A stretch of 31,753 nucleotides of DNA, from NCBI GenBank assembly GCA_964591825.1, contig CAZQET010000376.1:1-31753 (forward strand), read 5' to 3'. The notes beneath the pieces were generated by a model. The model worked only from the letters and a program-made list of their open reading frames with translations. It did no database searches and was not told the origin of the DNA. Below are positions 24,163 through 30,697 of the stretch, piece after piece. Made by a program: the position numbers and the translations under genes. Within the stretch, counting starts at the first letter, position 1. The number at the start of each line of letters is the position of its first letter. Source of the DNA: an uncultured Conexibacteraceae bacterium (lineage in GTDB: Bacteria; Actinomycetota; Thermoleophilia; Solirubrobacterales; 70-9).

Positions 24163-25236
24163 ATGCGCATCGTCTACGTGGTCGGAACGCGGCCCAACTT
24201 CGTCAAGACCGCCCCGGTGATCGCCGCCCTTCGAGAGCGCTTGCCGAACGGCCGCCACGCGATCGTCCACACCGGCCAGCACTACGACCGGTTGATGTCC
24301 ACAATCTTCCTCGAGGAGCTCGGCGTGCCCGCACCGGATCACATGCTCGAGGTCGGCTCGGGCAGCCACGCTCAGCAGACCGCCCGGGTGATCGAGCGGC
24401 TCGAGCCGGTGCTCGCCGAGGAGCGGCCCGACCTGGTGCTGGTGCCGGGAGACGTCAACTCGACCGCGGCAGCGGCACTGACGGCGGCAAAGATGCAGAT
24501 TCCCGTCGGCCACGTCGAGGCCGGGCTGCGCAGCTTCGACCGCACGATGCCCGAGGAGCTGAACCGGATCGTCGCCGACCAGCTCTCCGACCAGCTCTAC
24601 ATCCACAGCCCCGAGGCCAGCGACAACCTGCACGCCGAGGGCATCCCCGCCGAGCGCATCCACCTGGTCGGCAACACGATGATCGACACCCTGGTTGCCC
24701 TGGAGGAGCGCTTCCGCGCCGCGGGCAGCGCGGCACGTCTCGGCGTCGAGCCGGGTGGCTTCCTGCTCGTCACCCTGCACCGCCCCGCCCTCGTCGACGG
24801 CCCGCTTCTCAGCGAGACGATGAGCCGCCTCGCGGCACTCGCCCGGGAGCTGCCCGTCGTCTTCCCCGTCCACCCCCGCACCCGGGCGATGCTCGAGTCG
24901 ATCGACTCCAAGCACCCGGGCCTGCTCCTCTGCGAGCCCGTCGGCTATCTCGACTTCCTCTCCCTGCTCGCCGATGCCGGCGCCGTCCTCACCGACTCCG
25001 GCGGCATCCAGGAGGAGACCACCTACCTCGGCATCCCCTGCTTCACCCTGCGAGCCAACACCGAGCGCCCGATCACGCTCACCGCCGGCACCAACACCCT
25101 CTTGGGTCTAGATCCCGCAGCGATCGACACGATCCCCGCATCCCTAGCCAAGCTTCCTGCGCAGCGTCCAGATCCGCCGTCCCTCTGGGACGGCCACGCA
25201 TCAGAGCGAATCGCAGACATCGTCGCGCAGCCTTAG
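24163..25236 (+). CDS. wecB: UDP-N-acetylglucosamine 2-epimerase (non-hydrolysing)
   Basis: MRIVYVVGTRPNFVK, VHTGQHYD, GHVEAGLRS, LVTLHRP, FPVHPRT, TDSGGIQEE, WDGHASERI; TACTGT hexamer 7 nt before ATG 24163. Confidence 0.95.
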   Translation: MRIVYVVGTRPNFVKTAPVIAALRERLPNGRHAIVHTGQHYDRLMSTIFLEELGVPAPDHMLEVGSGSHAQQTARVIERLEPVLAEERPDLVLVPGDVNSTAAAALTAAKMQIPVGHVEAGLRSFDRTMPEELNRIVADQLSDQLYIHSPEASDNLHAEGIPAERIHLVGNTMIDTLVALEERFRAAGSAARLGVEPGGFLLVTLHRPALVDGPLLSETMSRLAALARELPVVFPVHPRTRAMLESIDSKHPGLLLCEPVGYLDFLSLLADAGAVLTDSGGIQEETTYLGIPCFTLRANTERPITLTAGTNTLLGLDPAAIDTIPASLAKLPAQRPDPPSLWDGHASERIADIVAQP

Positions 25237-25250
25237 GGCGAGGTAAGGAA

Positions 25251-25328
25251 GGAGCGTCGGGTGGCCCTCCCCAAAACACTCAAGCGAGGCTCCTGCCGAG
25301 CGTTTTGGGGAGGGTCGCCCGACGCTCC
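25251..25328. repeat. Long inverted repeat between convergent wecB and infC
   Basis: 31-bp arms (25251-25281, 25298-25328), 28/31 complementary, 16-nt loop. Confidence 0.85.
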
Positions 25329-25342
25329 TCGCTCGCTTCGCG

Positions 25343-25942
25343 TCAGGCTGCCGCGTCGTCAGCCGGTTTCTCGTCCGTGGACTTCTCAACGGCGACCGCT
25401 TTTCCGGGCGCCAGCAGCATGCTCATGTTGCGCCCTTCCTGCAGCGGTTGCTGCTCGATCACGGCAAGCCCGTCGAGGTCCTCGAAGAGCCGCTGCAGGA
25501 GGTCGCGGCCACGCTCGGGGTGGGCCTGCTCGCGACCGCGGAACATGATCGTGATCTTGACCTTGTCCTGATGGCGCAGGAAGCGTTCGACGTGGCCCTT
25601 CTTGGTCTCGTAGTCGTGGACGGCGATCTTCGGCCGCAGCTTGATCTCGCGCACGTTGACCTGTTGCTGGTGCTTGCGCGCCTGCTTCTGCTTCTGCTCC
25701 TGCTCGTACTTGTACTTCGAGTAGTCGAGCAGCCTGGTGACCGGCGGCTTGGAGTTGGGGGCGACCTCGACCAGGTCGAGGTCGGCCTCCTGGGCGCGCT
25801 TCAGCGCTTCCGCGGTGTCGACGATGCCGAGCTGCTCCCCGTCGGCGCCGATCAGGCGGACTTTGGGGACCCGGATCCGCTCGTTGATTCGAGTGGAGTC
25901 GCGCTCTGGGGGGCGCCGATCGAACCTGCGCGGGACCGGCAC
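25343..25942 (-). CDS. infC: Translation initiation factor IF-3
   Basis: [64 protein letters not shown]. Confidence 0.98.
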   Translation of the reverse strand: MPVPRRFDRRPPERDSTRINERIRVPKVRLIGADGEQLGIVDTAEALKRAQEADLDLVEVAPNSKPPVTRLLDYSKYKYEQEQKQKQARKHQQQVNVREIKLRPKIAVHDYETKKGHVERFLRHQDKVKITIMFRGREQAHPERGRDLLQRLFEDLDGLAVIEQQPLQEGRNMSMLLAPGKAVAVEKSTDEKPADDAAA

Positions 25943-26046
25943 TAGTGAAGGAAGGTCTGGAGCTTCAAGCGGACGAGGAGTCGGGAGGCAGGCACGGGAC
26001 GCTCAGCGGCGCGGGATGTGTGGGGTACCTGCAATCAAGTGCCCGG

Positions 26047-26052
26047 AGTATA
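26047..26052 (-). promoter_or_regulatory. Putative sigma-A -10 element (TATACT) for infC
   Basis: Near-consensus TANNNT hexamer in the thrS-infC spacer, about 100 nt before the infC GTG. Confidence 0.5.
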
Positions 26053-26083
26053 GACAGAGGGCTGGCTCTGACTGCCGCCGGGC

Positions 26084-27994
26084 TCAGCTCGGCTCGCTCT
26101 CAGCCGCAACGCGGGCGGCGAAATCGGCGACCGACATCGCCCCCAGCTCCCCGTCCACATGCGAGCGCACAGAGACGGCTCCCTCATCCCGCTCGCGGTC
26201 GCCGACGACCAGCATGTAGGGGTAGCGGCCGAGCTCGGCGTCGCGGATCTTCTTGCCGACCGAGCCCGAGCGGGCGTCACGCTCGACCCGCACTCTCGAC
26301 TCGCGCAGCTCCGCGGCAACCCGCGCCGCGTACTCGTTGTGGGAGTCGGAGACGGGCAGGACGATCGCCTGGACGGGCGCCAACCACACCGGGAAGCGAC
26401 CGGCGTAGTGCTCGATCAGGATGCCGGCGAAACGCTCCATCGAGCCGAGCAGGGCGCGGTGGATCATCACCGGGCGGTGGGCTTGGTCGTCGGCGCCGAC
26501 GTAGGAGAGGTCGAAGCGCTCCGGCATCTGGAAGTCGAGCTGGCAGGTGCCGCACTGCCAGGAGCGGCCGAGCGCGTCGGTGACGTGGAAGTCGATCTTC
26601 GGCCCATAGAAGGCCCCGTCCCCGGGATTGAGCTCGTAGGCGCGGCCCTGGCGCTCGAGCGCCTCGGTCAACGCCGCCTCGGCCTTCTCCCACTGCTCCT
26701 CGGAGCCCATCGACTTCTCCGGCCGAGTCGAGAGCTCGACCCGCACGTCCTCGAAGCCGAAGCGCGCGTAGAGCTCGTCGATCGCCGCGCAGATGTCGGC
26801 CACCTCGTCGGCGATCTGCTCCTCGGTGCAGTAGACGTGGGCGTCGTCCTGGGTGAAGGCGCGGACGCGCAGCAGGCCGTGGAGGACGCCCTCGCGCTCG
26901 TTGCGGGAGACGCGGCCGAACTCGGCCAGGCGCAGCGGCAGCTCGCGGTAGGAATGGCGCTCGGAGTCGAAGACGAGGCAGGCGCCGGGGCAATTCATCG
27001 GCCGCAGCGCCAGGCGGCGCTCATCGGACTGCATGAAGTACATGTCGTCGCGGTAGTTGTCCCAGTGCCCAGAGCGATGCCAGAGCTCCTCGTCGAGCAC
27101 CTGCGGCGTGGCGATCTCCCTGTAGCCGCGCTTGCGCAGCTGAGCCTGGACCTCGGCCTCGATCAGGTGCAGCAGCGTCGTGCCGTTGGGCAACCAGAAG
27201 GGCATCCCGGGAGACTCCTCGCGCAGCATGAAGATGCCGAGCTGGGGCCCGAGCCGCCGGTGGTCGCGCTTCTTCGCCTCCTCGATCCGCTCCAGGTGAG
27301 CCGCCAGGTCCTTCTTCGAGAAGAAGGCGGTGCCGTAGATCCGGGTCAGCATCTGGCGCTTCTCGTCGCCGCGCCAGTAGGCGCCGGCGAGCGAGCTCAG
27401 CTTGATCGCCCTGATCCGGCCGGTCGAGGGGCCGTGCGGGCCCCGGCAGAGGTCCTCAAAGGGGCCGTTGCGGTAGAGCGAGACGGTCTCGACGCCTTCG
27501 TTCGCGATCAGGTCCTCGATCAGCTCGACCTTGTAGTCCTCGCCCTGCGCTTTGAAGATCTCGATCGCCTCGGCGACCGGGACGTCGCGCCGCTCGAAAC
27601 GCTCGTCTGCCTCGATGTGCGTCCGCATCGCCGTCTCGATCTTCTCCAGGTCGGCGTCGCTCACCTTGACGTCCTCGGGGAAGTCGAAGTCGTAATAGAA
27701 GCCGTTCTCGATCGCCGGCCCGATCGTCACCTTGGTCCCCGGATAGAGCTCCTGCACCGCCTCCGCCATCACGTGGGCGGCGTCGTGACGGATCAGGTCC
27801 AGCGCCTCGGGATCGCGGTCGGTGAGGATCGCGATCTCGGCCCCGTCGGGCAGGGCCGCGGAGAGGTCGCGCAGCTCCCCGTCGACCCCGATCGCCAGCG
27901 CCGCCTTCGCCAGCCCGGGGCCGATCGCCGCCGCCGCGTCCGCGCCGGAAGCGCCGCCGTCGAGCTCCAACGGCGTCCCGTCGGGCAACTTCAC
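26084..27994 (-). CDS. thrS: Threonine--tRNA ligase
   Basis: TGS N-terminus, IRHDAAHVMA, DLCRGPH, RDHRRLG, LRPMNCPG, GAFYGPKID, IHRALLGSMERF. Confidence 0.98.
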   Translation of the reverse strand: MKLPDGTPLELDGGASGADAAAAIGPGLAKAALAIGVDGELRDLSAALPDGAEIAILTDRDPEALDLIRHDAAHVMAEAVQELYPGTKVTIGPAIENGFYYDFDFPEDVKVSDADLEKIETAMRTHIEADERFERRDVPVAEAIEIFKAQGEDYKVELIEDLIANEGVETVSLYRNGPFEDLCRGPHGPSTGRIRAIKLSSLAGAYWRGDEKRQMLTRIYGTAFFSKKDLAAHLERIEEAKKRDHRRLGPQLGIFMLREESPGMPFWLPNGTTLLHLIEAEVQAQLRKRGYREIATPQVLDEELWHRSGHWDNYRDDMYFMQSDERRLALRPMNCPGACLVFDSERHSYRELPLRLAEFGRVSRNEREGVLHGLLRVRAFTQDDAHVYCTEEQIADEVADICAAIDELYARFGFEDVRVELSTRPEKSMGSEEQWEKAEAALTEALERQGRAYELNPGDGAFYGPKIDFHVTDALGRSWQCGTCQLDFQMPERFDLSYVGADDQAHRPVMIHRALLGSMERFAGILIEHYAGRFPVWLAPVQAIVLPVSDSHNEYAARVAAELRESRVRVERDARSGSVGKKIRDAELGRYPYMLVVGDRERDEGAVSVRSHVDGELGAMSVADFAARVAAESEPS

Positions 27995-28046
27995 CGTGAT
28001 CTTCCGAGTCGCCGCCTCGATGCGGCCATGCTACCCACGCCCCCAG

Positions 28047-28099
28047 CCGCTGAGTTCGTGTTTTCTCTCGGATAGCGAGAGAAAACACGAACTCAGCGG
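28047..28099. repeat. Perfect 24-bp inverted repeat with 5-nt loop, overlapping the stop codon of the membrane-protein gene
   Basis: CCGCTGAGTTCGTGTTTTCTCTCG-GATAG-CGAGAGAAAACACGAACTCAGCGG. Confidence 0.9.
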
Positions 28100-29937
28100 T
28101 TTGGGGAGCCCTGGCGGGCTTGGCGGACAGCGATGAGTGGGCAGGGGCTTGGGCCCTTCTCCGCCGATCGTTCCCAGAGGGCGTAGGGCGGAGCGTGGCG
28201 TACCAGGCGCAGGCCGGGGAGTGGCGGCGCTTCACCGTTCGATTCGGCGATCACGTAGCGGACGCCGTGCGGGGGTCGGCCGTTCGCGTCCTCCGCGGTC
28301 TCGATGCAGACGCGGCCGCCGCGCAGCTCCCAGGAGATGTAGGGGACGCCGTGTTCGTCTTCGAGCAGCTGCCTGGAGGCGAGGACCAGGGTCGGGCCCT
28401 CGCCGACCTCGTCGCGCAGGCCGGTGAGCGCCGGCGAGTAGGAGCGCGGGCCCACCGGAGCGTTGGCAAAGGCGAGCAGCGAGCAGCCGGCCGCTGCTGC
28501 AAGGTAGAGCCAGGCGACCGGCCGCCGCAGCAGAGGCAGGACGATGACGAGCGCCGCGAGGGGCGCTCCGACCTCGATCGCCTTGGCGGCGGTGTAGGGG
28601 GTGCCGCTGACCCGGGCCGCTGCGTAGGCGAGCGCGGCTGCCGCCACACCTGCCAGCAAGGTCGTCTCCCGGCGGCGCCAGCAGACCACCAGGCCATAGA
28701 GGAGCAGGATCGTAGCGAAGGCGGCGCCGGCGTAGTAGCCGATCGCCGGCACAGCGCCGTCGCCGGGGCTGAGGCGAAAATCGCCGGAGGGCCAGATGCC
28801 GAGGGCCTCGAAGGGGGAGATCTGGCCGAACAGGTTTCCGAGTCCCGGGCCGTTGGGGTTGAACGTCTCGAAGCTGTGGAAGTCGATCATGCGGCCGAGC
28901 TCGGGGGCGATCAGGACGGAGAAGAGGAGGAAGGCGAACGCAAGGGCGCGGGCTGGCGAGGGACCAAGGCCCCGGCCCGCGGGTCCTGTCGCGGCAGGGG
29001 ACCCACCGCCCCTTCCGGTCGCTAAAGCGTCCTCAGGGGCGGTACCCCCTACCGCGCCACCCGCGGGAGGGGCGTTGGTTCGCGCCAGGAGCGTTTCGAC
29101 GAGCAACCAGACGACAGCCGAAACACCTAGCCAGATCAGACCCGGGAAGCTGTAGACGTAGACGCTGCCCACGGCGAGGAGAGCTGCCGGGACGAAGCGG
29201 AGGGGCAGCTTCTGCCACCCGGGATTGGTGGATGCCTCGCTCAGGGCCAGGACGAAGGCCAGGAAAAAGAGGGCCTGGAGGGTCTCCTTGAAGGCGCCCT
29301 GAGCGAAGTAGGAGGCGACCATGTAGGTGAGGGCGACGACGAGGGCGGCGGGGATGCGGAGGACGGCGGGCTGGTCGTGGAAGGCGACGAGCGCGGTCAG
29401 GGCGGCAAGCGCGGCGGTGGCAATCGTCAGGCCGGTGAAGCCCTGGACGAGGCCGATGCCGAGGCCCTTGCCCAGGGCAACGACTACGGCGTGCGGGCCA
29501 AGCGGGTAGCCCTGGCGCAGCAGTTGCGAGGGCTCGCCGTGGGCTAGGCGATCGGCGGCGAGCAGGTGCTGAGACATATCGGGGTTGAAGCCGGTGCCGA
29601 GGATGCCGAAGTGGCCTTCGGCGAGGAAGGGCAGGGCGGTGGCGGCGAGCGCGAGCAGGGCCACGGGCGCACCAATTCGCAGCGCTCCTCCCCCGCCCTC
29701 GAGCCGGCGCCACAGATACGCGACGCAGGCGATCACCGCCAGGGGCACGAGGACTGCGGGGGCCACGCCGTCTCCCGGCAGCCGCACCGTCGCCCAGCAG
29801 ATTGCACAGAGCAGCGCCAATCCGACCGCGGGCGCGAGCCAAGACCAGCGCCGCACCCCGCAGAGCGCGACCGCCGCCTGGCCGATCGCCAGCGAGGCGC
29901 CGCAGACGGCCAGCACGGCTGCGTAGGTCCCGACCAC
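28093..29937 (-). CDS. Polytopic membrane protein (614 aa), possibly GT-C-like; carries an in-frame repeat insertion
   Basis: Many hydrophobic helices; extracytoplasmic-type loop GTGFNPDMSQHLLAADRL..GYPLGPH; soluble C-terminal domain; TAGGCT 9 nt before the GTG. The family assignment is inference only. Confidence 0.8.
   Translation of the reverse strand: MVGTYAAVLAVCGASLAIGQAAVALCGVRRWSWLAPAVGLALLCAICWATVRLPGDGVAPAVLVPLAVIACVAYLWRRLEGGGGALRIGAPVALLALAATALPFLAEGHFGILGTGFNPDMSQHLLAADRLAHGEPSQLLRQGYPLGPHAVVVALGKGLGIGLVQGFTGLTIATAALAALTALVAFHDQPAVLRIPAALVVALTYMVASYFAQGAFKETLQALFFLAFVLALSEASTNPGWQKLPLRFVPAALLAVGSVYVYSFPGLIWLGVSAVVWLLVETLLARTNAPPAGGAVGGTAPEDALATGRGGGSPAATGPAGRGLGPSPARALAFAFLLFSVLIAPELGRMIDFHSFETFNPNGPGLGNLFGQISPFEALGIWPSGDFRLSPGDGAVPAIGYYAGAAFATILLLYGLVVCWRRRETTLLAGVAAAALAYAAARVSGTPYTAAKAIEVGAPLAALVIVLPLLRRPVAWLYLAAAAGCSLLAFANAPVGPRSYSPALTGLRDEVGEGPTLVLASRQLLEDEHGVPYISWELRGGRVCIETAEDANGRPPHGVRYVIAESNGEAPPLPGLRLVRHAPPYALWERSAEKGPSPCPLIAVRQARQGSPNR
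28974..29069 (+). repeat. 96-bp palindromic repeat, copy 3, in frame within a CDS
   Basis: 87/96 identical to 2099-2194; on the coding strand it contributes most of PPAGGAVGGTAPEDALATGRGGGSPAATGPAGR. Confidence 0.9.
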
Positions 29938-29970
29938 GAGGCCGCGAGCCTAGACGGCCGACAGGAGAGA

Positions 29971-30043
29971 TGGGCGCTACTGGGCTCGAACCAGTGACCT
30001 CCAGCTTGTCGAGCTGGCGCTCTCCCAACTGAGCTAAGCGCCC
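29971..30043 (-). tRNA. tRNA-Val (anticodon GAC), CCA not encoded
   Basis: GGGCGCT acceptor, TAGCTCAGTTGGGAGAGC D-arm, CCAGC-TCGACAA-GCTGG anticodon arm, GGTTCGAGCCC T-arm, AGCGCCC-A end. Confidence 0.97.
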
Positions 30044-30169
30044 GGGGAAACTTGAATCTAGCGGAGAAGGCGCGGAGGGCTCGCGACGAGCTCCCGACCT
30101 CGGCGCTCAAGTTCGGGGCTGCAACGACCGATGCAACCGGTGCAACTTTTCAGCAAACGTGGTGTTTCC

Positions 30170-30276
30170 ATATCGAAGCTCCGATCAAGTCTTGAGGACC
30201 GACGAGCCAGGGAAACAGAGTCTCGCTGGTGGCACGTCCTTCGGAAGCCAAAAGGGCCCCGTCTCGGGGCCCTTTT
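30170..30276 (+). ncRNA. Candidate small RNA
   Basis: ORF-free spacer with a GCAAC-N17-GTT promoter-like motif upstream, nested stems GAGGAC/GTCCTT and GCCAG/CTGGT, and a U-tailed hairpin at the end; ends inferred. Confidence 0.35.
30250..30276. terminator. Bidirectional intrinsic terminator
   Basis: AAAAGGGCCCC-GTCTC-GGGGCCCTTTT, U-tract on both strands, 4 nt after the yjbQ stop. Confidence 0.9.
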
Positions 30277-30280
30277 CCGT

Positions 30281-30697
30281 TCAGCCGACGACCTGGATCG
30301 TGACCGTGCGCTGACGCGGACGGTCGTCGAAGTCGAGCAGGACGACCTGTTGCCAGGTGCCGAGATCAAGGCGCCCTTCGATCACCGGCATGATCAGCGA
30401 GGGGCCGATCACCGAGGCGCGCTGATGCGCGTGCGAGTTGGTGTCGTGGTTCAGCCGGTTGTGCTCGTAGTCGCCGCGGCTGGGGATCAAGCGCTCGAGC
30501 ATCGACCCCAGGTCCTGGACTCCCCCGGGCTCGTACTCCATCGTCGTGATCGCGGCGGTCGAGCCGCGCACGAAGGCACTTGCCTGCCCTTCGGCGATCT
30601 CCGCCGCGGCGACGGCGCGCTGCAGCTCGGCGGTGATGTCGATGGCATCGCCATCGCCCTGGGTCGAGACCTCGATCGTCGTGGTGCGCACGGTCAT
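30281..30697 (-). CDS. YjbQ/UPF0047 family protein (secondary thiamine-phosphate synthase-like)
   Basis: DITAELQRAV, GSTAAITTMEYEP, YEHN...NSHAHQRASVIG, LDLGTWQQVVLLDFD.RPRQRTV; start overlaps the zwf stop (ATGA). Confidence 0.92.
   Translation of the reverse strand: MTVRTTTIEVSTQGDGDAIDITAELQRAVAAAEIAEGQASAFVRGSTAAITTMEYEPGGVQDLGSMLERLIPSRGDYEHNRLNHDTNSHAHQRASVIGPSLIMPVIEGRLDLGTWQQVVLLDFDDRPRQRTVTIQVVG

Noticed and set aside
28000-28110. T-box leader upstream of thrS
   Set aside because: The spacer is too short and has no T-box or specifier motif; the structure is a simple perfect hairpin.
29940-30043. tRNA-Val as the attachment site of an island
   Set aside because: No duplicated tRNA 3' end and no integrase in the window; the downstream gene looks native apart from the 96-bp insertion.
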